Shown here piece after piece: positions 9,655 through 18,170 of a DNA stretch of 63,067 nucleotides. Positions within the stretch are counted from its first letter, which is position 1, and the number at the start of each line of letters is the position of its first letter. This stretch comes from Candidatus Woesearchaeota archaeon. Its GTDB lineage: Archaea; Nanobdellota; Nanobdellia; Pacearchaeales; GW2011-AR1. Location of the stretch: the NCBI GenBank assembly GCA_964647695.1, contig CAZYIS010000003.1, positions 24,848-87,914 on the forward strand, given 5' to 3'. A program made the translations under genes and the position numbers. A model generated the notes under the pieces. It was not told the DNA's origin. It worked only from the letters and a program-made list of their open reading frames with translations, and did not search any database.

Positions 9655-9783
9655 TTATTTCGATTCACACTTGTTACAAACATTTTTCTTATTTCCAGGG
9701 CATACACCAAAAAAAGGTTTAGCAATTAACTTATATCCCAGCCCCTCAAGAGGAACTTTACAAATCTTGCATCTTTTTATCAT
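9655..9783 (-). CDS. 42-aa Cys-rich (zinc-ribbon-like) micro-ORF, not in the supplied ORF track
   Basis: Hand translation of the minus strand gives MIKRCKICKVPLEGLGYKLIAKPFFGVCPGNKKNVCNKCESK*. It has CxxC at residues 5-8 and 36-39 plus C28. It lies 113 nt upstream of the radical SAM gene on the same strand. Confidence 0.45.
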   Translation of the reverse strand: MIKRCKICKVPLEGLGYKLIAKPFFGVCPGNKKNVCNKCESK

Positions 9784-9832
9784 ATTGTGAAAAGAAGCCC
9801 ATTCTTTTTAACCCTTTCTAATAATCCAAGAA

Positions 9833-10345
9833 TTAAATATTTTTTAACCTTGAAATTATCTCGCGAGACCAACCTTGACAAGCACCAAAAGAAGGGTGTC
9901 CTAAAAAAGATAAATATTCCTTAAGAAAAATGTGATCTGTTTGGGGAGATAAAACAAGGACATCTGGTTGCTCAATTTTGGCCCCATCATTCACATAATC
10001 TAAATGAAACAGTCCATCTTCTTTTAGAGACCAAGGATACAATCCTTTCCCCAGTCCCGGGCCTCCAAGTCCAAGATTTTTAAGATTTAAATTAAACTCA
10101 TCCCTATCTACTGGGAGTTTACGACCAAATCTCACAGCTTCATCAATACATCTGGTTAAACCTGCTTCAAGAGGAATTCTATCCCTAACATTGAATTTCT
10201 TCTCTGTAAAAATATTATTTTTAGTTACCTGCCTATGATAAAGCCATATCACTGGAAAGAATTTCATAGTATAATTATAACCAAAATTATGCTGTTGTTC
10301 ACCATAGAGAACATCCACATGTGAATTAGTTGAAAACTTGAACAT
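9833..10345 (-). CDS. hypothetical protein
   Basis: 170-aa ORF with no motif recognised. Confidence 0.5.
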   Translation of the reverse strand: MFKFSTNSHVDVLYGEQQHNFGYNYTMKFFPVIWLYHRQVTKNNIFTEKKFNVRDRIPLEAGLTRCIDEAVRFGRKLPVDRDEFNLNLKNLGLGGPGLGKGLYPWSLKEDGLFHLDYVNDGAKIEQPDVLVLSPQTDHIFLKEYLSFLGHPSFGACQGWSREIISRLKNI

Positions 10346-10471
10346 TTTATTTCTGGCTTTATTAAGTTTATAAATATTATATTAGTCTAAGAGTTATTTA
10401 CTTTCTTCTTTTAACCCTTTCTAAAAAATAAACGCAAGCTATTTAAACTACAACAAAAGTAAAAAATTATT

Positions 10472-10960
10472 ATGAGCACAAATTTTTTAGTAACTAAAAT
10501 AAAGGTAAATAATCAGCCCTGGGAAAAAATAAGTAAATTAATCAAACACACACTTAGAACCATAAATACTGCAAAATTAGAAGATCAAGGATTATACTTT
10601 GGTTCAGGCGATTTAGATTTTTCACCAGGCATGGAAAGAATACTTCTAGGTATGGAAGAATTTAAAGATTTTAAATCATATCGTGCAGAAGTCAAAAAGC
10701 TGGCACCAATATTATCCTATGATTGGTTTTTTGGTGGATTTGCTAACGAAGTTCATCATACCCCTATAAATGTAACTCAACCAGGCAAAGGAATCATTAG
10801 AGTAAATACTTTTGTAAAACCGCACTCCTATCTCGCCGTATTAGAAACTGCAGGCAATTATTTCAAAACAGGCGATTTAATAAATTCAGATATTATTGAG
10901 TATCTCAATCAAAGGTACATACCATTTACACAAGAAGTTGATAGGGCCAAAACTCCTTAA
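10472..10960 (+). CDS. hypothetical protein
   Basis: 162-aa ORF with no motif recognised. Confidence 0.5.
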   Translation: MSTNFLVTKIKVNNQPWEKISKLIKHTLRTINTAKLEDQGLYFGSGDLDFSPGMERILLGMEEFKDFKSYRAEVKKLAPILSYDWFFGGFANEVHHTPINVTQPGKGIIRVNTFVKPHSYLAVLETAGNYFKTGDLINSDIIEYLNQRYIPFTQEVDRAKTP

Positions 10961-11217
10961 ATTCTTCTTTTAACCCACTTTTTATTAAAACTTTGTCTAA
11001 GAGAAATAGAAGTTACTATGAAAATAAAGATCATGGAACAAAGCAAAACCCATTGTCCGAAGAACAAGGAGACTATTCCCACCAACAATGAAACAAATAT
11101 TATTATTCTAAACCATTTTCTCCCAGAAACTAATTCATCATTGCACATCCAGGCAATAAGATAGCCTATGGGAAAGCTAAATAATAATAAAATGATGGAT
11201 AAAATTACTTCAAACAT
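10957..11217 (-). CDS. small integral membrane protein
   Basis: 86 aa, three hydrophobic segments, basic C-terminus KKWVKRRI. Confidence 0.5.
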   Translation of the reverse strand: MFEVILSIILLLFSFPIGYLIAWMCNDELVSGRKWFRIIIFVSLLVGIVSLFFGQWVLLCSMIFIFIVTSISLRQSFNKKWVKRRI

Positions 11218-11311
11218 GATATATTACAGGGTTCAATATTTTTAAACTCTTGGATATAGCTCTAAAAATCGAACACTCAATCTTTAAATAATATCTATCC
11301 GATTAAATATC

Positions 11312-12532
11312 ATGAAAACAGATTACTTTCCTTTGGCTTTTGGCAATTTAAAACATAGAGGTCTACGTTCTTATCTAACAATGCTAGGAATTTTCATAGG
11401 CATTGCTGCAGTGGTTTCACTCATATCCGTAGGCGATGGATTAAAACTTGCAGTAAATTCTCAATTTGGAGTAAGCAGCACCCAAGTATTAACGGTCCAA
11501 GCCGGAGGTTTAACGGGCTATGGTCCTCCCGGAACTGGAGTAGTTAATCCTCTTCAAAAATCCGATGTGGAAGCCATAGATAAACTGGGTAGTGTAGACA
11601 TGGCCATTCGAAGAAACATAGGCGTAGTAAAACTCGAATTCAATAAAAAATTAGTAATCGGCTATGCCGGTTCAATTCCCGATGATAAAGCAAAAAGAGA
11701 TCAGGTATACAAAGTTCTGGAAGTAAGCACCCTATCCGGAAGATTACTGGACACTGATAGAAAAAAAGTAGTCATAGGTTATGATCTATCCATTGCAGAA
11801 AAGAATGGATTCAACAAAGCATTGAAAGTTGGAGATAAAATAACCATTAATAATCGAAGCTATGAAATCGGAGGAATTCTAAATAAAAAAGGTAGTTTCA
11901 TATTTGATAAAATAATTTTAATGTTGGACTCAGAAATGCAAGACCTTACGGGCTATGGTGACAATGTAGATATTATTGCCGTGGTGGCTAAAGATCAAAA
12001 TTCTTTAACCAGAGCCCAGAATGATGTTGAAAAATTACTCCGAGATAGAAGACATGTAAAAAAAGGAAATGAAGACTTTGAAGTTTCCACTCCTGCTGCT
12101 CTTCTAGGTACCGTTAATCAAATTCTTTTTGGAGTTCAAATTTTCATCGTTATGATTGCCTCCATTTCCATAATTGTCGGAGCCGTAGGAATAGCAAACA
12201 CCATGATCACATCCATCCTTGAAAGAAAAAAAGAAATAGGAACCATGAAAGCCATCGGCGCCCGTAATTCAGACATATTTTACATATTTACTCTTGAAGC
12301 TGGAATGCTAGGGTTAGTAGGAGGCATAGTCGGAGTAATCTTTGGAGCCGCCCTCGGATATTTCGGAACTCTAGGCATAAGTAGTTTAATAGGATCCAAT
12401 ATAACTCCAAATATAAATTTCCCATTGATATTTGCTGCCTTAACAGGAAGCACATTACTAGGAATTGTATCCGGTCTCATTCCTGCTTTGAAAGCAGCCC
12501 AATTAAATCCCGTTGCCGCACTAAGAGGTTAA
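11312..12532 (+). CDS. ABC-transporter permease, FtsX/MacB family
   Basis: N-terminal TM helix, a roughly 220-aa periplasmic-type domain, then three C-terminal TM helices. Carries the family hallmark ANTMITSILERKKEIGTMKAIGA. 406 aa. Confidence 0.85.
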   Translation: MKTDYFPLAFGNLKHRGLRSYLTMLGIFIGIAAVVSLISVGDGLKLAVNSQFGVSSTQVLTVQAGGLTGYGPPGTGVVNPLQKSDVEAIDKLGSVDMAIRRNIGVVKLEFNKKLVIGYAGSIPDDKAKRDQVYKVLEVSTLSGRLLDTDRKKVVIGYDLSIAEKNGFNKALKVGDKITINNRSYEIGGILNKKGSFIFDKIILMLDSEMQDLTGYGDNVDIIAVVAKDQNSLTRAQNDVEKLLRDRRHVKKGNEDFEVSTPAALLGTVNQILFGVQIFIVMIASISIIVGAVGIANTMITSILERKKEIGTMKAIGARNSDIFYIFTLEAGMLGLVGGIVGVIFGAALGYFGTLGISSLIGSNITPNINFPLIFAALTGSTLLGIVSGLIPALKAAQLNPVAALRG

Positions 12533-12533
12533 A

Positions 12534-13742
12534 ATGTTCATTAAAAAAGAAATAGTTAATTATTCATTGAAGAGCATCGTAAAAAGAAAAACCAGAAGCA
12601 TATTAACAATTCTATCCATTCTTATAGGTATTACAGCCATATTTATTTTCATTAGTTTTGGTTTTGGTCTCTATGCTTACATAAATTCATTTTCCACTTC
12701 TACTTCAGCAGATAAAATAACCGTGATGCCCAAAGGTAACAGTGCTCCCGGATTAAATACGGCCTTTGCCCTCAATGATAGCGATATAAAAGCCGTGGAA
12801 AAATCCGCAGGCATAACCGAAGCAACCGGAGTCTATTCCCGAGCTGCAGAAGTAAAGAAAAAAGATGTTAACAAATATGTTTTTCTTGTGAGCTATGATC
12901 CAGCCAAACCTCTAGTCCTAGAACTGGCTAGTGTAGATATTGTTGAAGGAAGAAAACTACAGAGCAATGATATGGGCAAAGCAGTGGTAGGTTATAATTA
13001 TAAATTAGAAAATAAAGTATTTTCCACAGGCTATAAGCTAGGCGACAGCATAGAAATAAATGGAGTCAATGTTAGAATAATAGGTTTTGTAGGATCCATG
13101 GGCAATCCATCCGATGATTCTCAGATTTATATCACCAATGATTATTTCAAAAAACTCTATCCCAATGTAACCAGCTATGCTGAAATTATTGCTAGAGCAG
13201 ATATAAATGATATTAGCAATACCATAAAAAGAGTTGAAAAAAATCTCCGTAATTCTCGAGATCAAAAAGAAGGAGAAGAAGACTTCTTTGTATCTTCATT
13301 CCAAGATCTAATTGCCCAATTTTCTTCTGCCCTTAACATAGTCATAGGATTCGTAATTCTAATTGCACTTATATCCGTAGTAGTATCGGCCGTAAACACG
13401 GCCAACACCATGATCACTTCAGTGCTTGAAAGAACTAGAGAGATAGGAACCATGAAAGCCGTCGGAGCTAGAAATAAAGAAATATTAAAAATATTTTTAT
13501 TTGAATCCTCATTCCTAGGATTTGTAGCAGGAGTACTTGGAACTCTTCTAGGATTTGACATCTCATTCACCATTGGAACCATTCTTAAAAATCTTGGCTG
13601 GGGTTTCCTTCAACCAGGTTATCCTTGGTATCTATTTGTAGGAACCATAGCATTTGCAACTCTAACTGGAGCTCTTTCGGGAATATGGCCGGCCTATAGA
13701 GCATCAAGATTAAAGACCGTAGAAGCCCTCCGTTATGAGTAA
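12534..13742 (+). CDS. ABC-transporter permease, FtsX/MacB family (paralog)
   Basis: Same architecture and hallmark (ANTMITSVLERTREIGTMKAVGA). It starts 1 nt after the stop of the previous gene. 402 aa. Confidence 0.85.
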   Translation: MFIKKEIVNYSLKSIVKRKTRSILTILSILIGITAIFIFISFGFGLYAYINSFSTSTSADKITVMPKGNSAPGLNTAFALNDSDIKAVEKSAGITEATGVYSRAAEVKKKDVNKYVFLVSYDPAKPLVLELASVDIVEGRKLQSNDMGKAVVGYNYKLENKVFSTGYKLGDSIEINGVNVRIIGFVGSMGNPSDDSQIYITNDYFKKLYPNVTSYAEIIARADINDISNTIKRVEKNLRNSRDQKEGEEDFFVSSFQDLIAQFSSALNIVIGFVILIALISVVVSAVNTANTMITSVLERTREIGTMKAVGARNKEILKIFLFESSFLGFVAGVLGTLLGFDISFTIGTILKNLGWGFLQPGYPWYLFVGTIAFATLTGALSGIWPAYRASRLKTVEALRYE

Positions 13743-13800
13743 AATGAGTAACTCTTGATTAGACGTTATGAATAGAATTACTAATTAGAAAACAATAAAT

Positions 13801-14007
13801 TTACTCAAAATATCTTGAATTTTCATCTTCTTGAACAAATTTAGGTTCTGGAAAAGAGGTAAAAGTTCTATCATTAACTAATCTATAGCCCCTAATAGCA
13901 TTACCTTCAAATTTAGGAGTTACCGTACATCTAAGAGCAAGACTTTCAAGGAATCCTTGGGTTCTTACTGGATTGTAAATTTCAACTTTAGTTTGTTCGT
14001 TAGCCAT
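13801..14007 (-). CDS. hypothetical small protein
   Basis: 68-aa ORF with no motif recognised. Confidence 0.35.
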   Translation of the reverse strand: MANEQTKVEIYNPVRTQGFLESLALRCTVTPKFEGNAIRGYRLVNDRTFTSFPEPKFVQEDENSRYFE

Positions 14008-14081
14008 AATTTTTAATGAAAAAGATGCCTTTTAAACCTTTCTATTAAGTGTAACTATATAGTAACAACATTGTAGAAACA

Positions 14082-14089
14082 TTTAAATA
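14082..14089 (+). promoter_or_regulatory. archaeal TATA-box-like element upstream of the AbrB-like ORF/kinase pair
   Basis: tttaaata within catttaaatagttat, about 40 nt upstream of the ATG at 14130. Confidence 0.4.
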
Positions 14090-14129
14090 GTTATTATGTA
14101 TACTCTATGTATAAGATTATCACTATAAA

Positions 14130-14306
14130 ATGACACTAAATACCAAAGAAAACAAGAGGTTCACCCTAACCAAAAGAATAGCCAAACACGGCTCTCAAGC
14201 AATCATAGTAGTACCTAGAATGCTTGAACAACATCTCAAACCAGGAATGATCACTCAAATTACCATTGAAATTATTGAAAACCCTACAGGGGAGGAAAAG
14301 CTCTAA
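14130..14306 (+). CDS. 58-aa AbrB/SpoVT-like (MazE-type fold) small protein, not in the supplied ORF track
   Basis: Hand translation gives MTLNTKENKRFTLTKRIAKHGSQAIIVVPRMLEQHLKPGMITQITIEIIENPTGEEKL*. The core FTLTKRIAKHGSQAIIVVP...LKPG...I.I matches the swapped-hairpin AbrB pattern and is paralogous to the ORF at 48368-48511. Its stop overlaps the kinase ATG (TAATG). Confidence 0.6.
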   Translation: MTLNTKENKRFTLTKRIAKHGSQAIIVVPRMLEQHLKPGMITQITIEIIENPTGEEKL

Positions 14307-16048
14307 TGGAAACCTTTGAAATTAATAGATCATTAGGAAGAACCGGAAGAGAAATTAGAAAATTAAAAGATTTTAACGATCCAGCACTTGAAAGTATACT
14401 TAGTTCCAGTCAATATAAACTAGGAAGAGAAATAGGAAGAGGAACCTGGGGAAGAGTATACTCTGCAGAAGATACTTTAACTGGCCAAAATGATCTAGCC
14501 ATTAAACTCCTAGAACCAACTGCTCTGGCCAGAGAACAAATGGCCCAAAGAAATCTAACCGAATTAAAAGCAGTCACCAATGAGTCTAGAAGATTTGCTG
14601 CCTGTTCCAATGTAGTTCCTGGAGAAATAGACCTGGATGATAATGGAAAACCATTTATTATAATGCCTAGATATGATAAATTCTTATCCGATGTATTAAA
14701 TGATGAAGGAGAAAGAAAGCATTTAGGAAATGGAATAGATTTGGAGCAAGCAAATAAATATCTTCTAGGAATTGCCAAAGGACTTTCAGAAGTACATAAT
14801 AAATTAGGAAGAGTTCATGGAGATCTTAAACCAGATAACATTGCTCTAGATAACCTAGATAGAAGACCTATGATAAATGATCTAGGAACTTCAACCTGCG
14901 GATCCTACCTTGGAAGAAGCGTTTCACCAAGAGATAATATGGGTTTTATTCAAACAAGAGATCCTACATGTTTTAAAGAAGGAAGTCATCCTACAAAAGA
15001 ATCCGATAGTTATTCTTTCTTCGCACTAGCCTATAGAATACTTTCCAATGAGGGAAAATATCCTTTTGAACAAGAATTGATGAATGATCCTAATTTCTTT
15101 GATAACACTTCTCCAGAAAAATTCAAAGAAATATTAAAAGAAAAATTGAAACACGTTCCTAAATCCTATAGAAAAATATTAGAAAACTATGGAGACATTA
15201 CAACCACTTGGAGATCTGGTAACGGTTCCTATATTGTTTCAAATTTGGAAGAGGTAATTGAAAATCAAAACACTTGGAAAGTATTAAAGGATAGAGTAAA
15301 AAAAGTAATACTCCCTGTAGCAGTAGGTTCAGCAATTCTAGGAGGAATGTTATATGCCTCAGTGAGATACGAACCCAATGACATAAAAATACCTAACATT
15401 CAAATAAACGGACCAATCACTCTAGAAGATAAAACAAAAGGCAATATAGTATTTGATAAAGAAGATCCAAATTTATTACAATTACCTCAACCTTCACCTG
15501 GAATACTGTTAGATGGGGATTTTTCCGCAAGAATAGGAAAATATGTCTCAGATAACAGAATAGTTGTAGCTCTGCTAGATTCCTATCAATCAACCATAAT
15601 GGCTGGAAGAGCCTGGCCCGATGCCGATAAAGAAAGTAATAATGGATACTATACTCCTGCCCAATGGAATATATTTCAAGAGCTAAAAATAAAAGAAAAT
15701 ATGGGTTCCAGTGGTTTGAGTAGTCCTAGTAAAGCCTATAGGGGAGAAATACATCATCAAGTGGTAGCCAGATCTCTAGAATATGCTTTAAGAGCAGCCG
15801 TTAGACCTGATGGAAAGGTAGATCTAGAAGATACGCTAGCAATTTCCCTAGAAGGAGAAAGAAAAATAAATATGGCCAAAAGAGCAGCCAATAGTTTTGA
15901 CTTTAGAAAATATATAAGCGCCAAAGATGAAAGTGGAAAATATATTATTTCTGAAAAAGATCAAAAATTCCTTAAAACCTGGCTTATACAAACCTATTAC
16001 AAAGAAGATCCAAGAGCATTCTCAAAGGGTAAATATCCTTACGAGTAA
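14306..16048 (+). CDS. Hanks-type Ser/Thr protein kinase with a TM helix and a C-terminal extracytoplasmic domain
   Basis: Gly-rich loop IGRGTWGRVY, AIKLL lysine, catalytic loop HGDLKPDNIAL, DFG-like INDLGTS. TM helix VILPVAVGSAILGGMLYASV near residue 335, followed by about 230 aa of unknown domain. Confidence 0.85.
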   Translation: METFEINRSLGRTGREIRKLKDFNDPALESILSSSQYKLGREIGRGTWGRVYSAEDTLTGQNDLAIKLLEPTALAREQMAQRNLTELKAVTNESRRFAACSNVVPGEIDLDDNGKPFIIMPRYDKFLSDVLNDEGERKHLGNGIDLEQANKYLLGIAKGLSEVHNKLGRVHGDLKPDNIALDNLDRRPMINDLGTSTCGSYLGRSVSPRDNMGFIQTRDPTCFKEGSHPTKESDSYSFFALAYRILSNEGKYPFEQELMNDPNFFDNTSPEKFKEILKEKLKHVPKSYRKILENYGDITTTWRSGNGSYIVSNLEEVIENQNTWKVLKDRVKKVILPVAVGSAILGGMLYASVRYEPNDIKIPNIQINGPITLEDKTKGNIVFDKEDPNLLQLPQPSPGILLDGDFSARIGKYVSDNRIVVALLDSYQSTIMAGRAWPDADKESNNGYYTPAQWNIFQELKIKENMGSSGLSSPSKAYRGEIHHQVVARSLEYALRAAVRPDGKVDLEDTLAISLEGERKINMAKRAANSFDFRKYISAKDESGKYIISEKDQKFLKTWLIQTYYKEDPRAFSKGKYPYE

Positions 16049-16053
16049 TTATT

Positions 16054-16971
16054 TTAATTCTTCTTGTCTACGATCGTGCTTAGGATAGGACTAGTACTGA
16101 TTTGAATCAGTCTAAATATTTCTCTCAAATATGAAAGAACAACTGTTTCTTTTCCCTTGGAACTTTCCAACTGCTTTAGAATCACATCAAAATTGTATTT
16201 TCTAGCTTCATTATGTAGCCTATGCACCTTTTCCAAATCTTTTTCTTCGAATGATTCCGACAATAGAGAGAAATATTTATTTAACTCCAACATTAGTTTT
16301 ATAGTCCTATCTCCAAGTTTAGGTTTTTTTTCATTCAAATAAACATAAAGATAGTATAGACCATGTTCTATATGCTGTAGAAATGTTAAAAACTCCCAAA
16401 GCAGAACTGGATTTCCTTGCACACTACCTTTAGTAATTAATCTTCTACAGAACAATAAAAATCTATCATGATTAGCTCTTATATCATTCATTTCATTAAT
16501 ATTCGAGAATTTTCCTTTTTTGCATTCTTCATTCACAAAATTAATTGTTTCTGAAGTTAACAATAGCAATCTTTTCATGATAACATCGAACTTTTGATCA
16601 GTAGGTTCAGATATATTTTCTATAACTGCTGATTTTTCATCTTTCTTTGTTATTTCGAAACCCAAAAGCAATGAACTAACTATCTTTTTCAATTCATTTG
16701 AAGAATTATTATCTAAATTAGTTATATTTATCTTATCAATGCCTCTCCTGTAGCCATGGGTTAAAATTATTCTTAAGTCAGTCCTATTATTTTCATTTAT
16801 CTCTAAATTCAACTCAGATTTGGTATTAGTCCCTGCTCTGATTATTAATAAATTGTCCTCTTCCTGCACATCTATGCTTTCTCCACCCTTCAATCCCTTT
16901 TCATCAATCCACTTCTTAGGCAAATAGATGGTATAGCCTCCTCCGCCTTGTTTAATGAGCTTTCTTTCCAT
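16054..16971 (-). CDS. AbrB/SpoVT-domain plus PhoU-like-domain regulator
   Basis: N-terminus MERKLIKQGGGGYTIYLPKKWIDEKGLKGGESIDV is a typical AbrB/SpoVT domain. The remaining roughly 240 aa is all-helical and the size of the archaeal PhoU-like phosphate-uptake-regulator family. It is divergent from the large operon. Confidence 0.65.
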   Translation of the reverse strand: MERKLIKQGGGGYTIYLPKKWIDEKGLKGGESIDVQEEDNLLIIRAGTNTKSELNLEINENNRTDLRIILTHGYRRGIDKINITNLDNNSSNELKKIVSSLLLGFEITKKDEKSAVIENISEPTDQKFDVIMKRLLLLTSETINFVNEECKKGKFSNINEMNDIRANHDRFLLFCRRLITKGSVQGNPVLLWEFLTFLQHIEHGLYYLYVYLNEKKPKLGDRTIKLMLELNKYFSLLSESFEEKDLEKVHRLHNEARKYNFDVILKQLESSKGKETVVLSYLREIFRLIQISTSPILSTIVDKKN

Positions 16972-17013
16972 GAATATATCAAATTCTCGTGGTATTTAAG
17001 CCTTTTGATATGA

Positions 17014-17032
17014 CTGATATCAATAATATCAG
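17014..17032. promoter_or_regulatory. perfect palindrome CTGATAT-N5-ATATCAG (candidate operator) between the AbrB-PhoU gene and the operon
   Basis: Read directly. It is embedded in four GATAT/ATATC motifs spaced 9-10 bp apart (17007, 17016, 17026, 17036). Confidence 0.4.
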
Positions 17033-17067
17033 AAAGATATTAAAGTCTAATTATTGGTTAATACATT

Positions 17068-17089
17068 GTAACTACATAGTAGCTACATA
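17068..17089 (+). repeat. tandem 11-bp direct repeat GTA(A/G)CTACATA x2 in the operon leader/promoter region
   Basis: gtaactacata followed by gtagctacata, 28 nt upstream of the first ATG (17117). Confidence 0.5.
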
Positions 17090-17116
17090 AAACAAACACA
17101 CGGAGAAAAGAAAAAA

Positions 17117-17779
17117 ATGAAAAACACAATAAAAAACATCGCAATGTCAACACTAGCAGCAGTCACCTTGGTAACCCCAAGCGCATCTGCCCTAGACATG
17201 ACTCCTCATGGAAGAGCAGAAGTAATGATTGGAGATGAAACTTCACTTCTAGACCTAAAGGTAAGTCAAAATGTGACTGAAAAGCTAAACCTATTTGGAA
17301 GAGCAAAACTAACCAGAGATAATCTAAAGCACACTGACACTCCATTCGCATTCATTGACGTAAACTATTCTCTAGGCCATGGAATAAACGCAGTCTATGA
17401 AACCCAATTCATAGATCTAAAGGATTCTACTTTAATCCAACCTAGATTTGGACTTAGCTATGCTGGAAAACTTGCAAAGGATCTATCCTTCTTTACCCAA
17501 ACCAGCGTAAACATCACTCAAGATAAGGATCCTAAGAGAAATGGAGAAAACATTACTAATCTTAGATATGCTCCTAAAATTGGAAACTCAGATTACTATG
17601 GTCTAGCCCAGGTTGAAACCTGCACCAACTTTGGAAGCGATGGACTTAATTTCGCAACCCAAAACTTCAGATTTGGAGTTGGAAAAAGCAAACTAGAAGC
17701 AGGTCTTGCCCTAAATCTAAAGGAAACTGACAAAACATTCAGCAGCACAATTGGAGGATTTGTAGCCTACAAATTTTAA
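17117..17779 (+). CDS. operon gene 1: secreted beta-rich protein with OMP-like C-terminus
   Basis: Sec-type signal peptide MKNTIKNIAMSTLAAVTLVTPSASA|LD. Alternating hydrophobic/polar pattern throughout. It ends ...IGGFVAYKF, an aromatic terminal residue like a bacterial beta-signal. 220 aa. Confidence 0.65.
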   Translation: MKNTIKNIAMSTLAAVTLVTPSASALDMTPHGRAEVMIGDETSLLDLKVSQNVTEKLNLFGRAKLTRDNLKHTDTPFAFIDVNYSLGHGINAVYETQFIDLKDSTLIQPRFGLSYAGKLAKDLSFFTQTSVNITQDKDPKRNGENITNLRYAPKIGNSDYYGLAQVETCTNFGSDGLNFATQNFRFGVGKSKLEAGLALNLKETDKTFSSTIGGFVAYKF

Positions 17780-17783
17780 CACA

Positions 17784-18170
17784 ATGACATCACCACAGTC
17801 AATAGAAGATAGAACACTTGAATATGCATCAAGGATAGAACAAAGAATAGAAAAACTTCAAACTGCTTACAATGCAGCTTCAAAAATTTTAGATAGTCAT
17901 GATGAACCAGCTCATGAAAGACTTGAAAATGCAAACTTAAAACTAGAATCTATAGTACAAAGTGATCCTGTTTTTTTGAAATTACTTGAATGTTGGAATA
18001 ACACCTACGCTTTCTATCCTGCAAATGAAAGCTCAAAGATAACAAAGAAAATTAATGATGAAAGTTATAAAATAAGATCTAGAACCATGGATGAAAAAAC
18101 CTACATGGTCTATCTTGAAACTCCACAATTTGAATTACATGACTTATTATTGGGAGGAGATTCAAAATGA
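17784..18170 (+). CDS. operon gene 2: hypothetical protein
   Basis: 128 aa, helical/acidic. It starts 4 nt after the gene 1 stop. Confidence 0.6.
   Translation: MTSPQSIEDRTLEYASRIEQRIEKLQTAYNAASKILDSHDEPAHERLENANLKLESIVQSDPVFLKLLECWNNTYAFYPANESSKITKKINDESYKIRSRTMDEKTYMVYLETPQFELHDLLLGGDSK

Noticed and set aside
12280-13582. Minus-strand ORFs (66, 75 and 106 aa) inside the two FtsX-family genes, and the 122-aa ORF at 14410-14778 inside the kinase gene
   Set aside because: They are antisense shadows within genes that carry clear family motifs. No independent signals support them.
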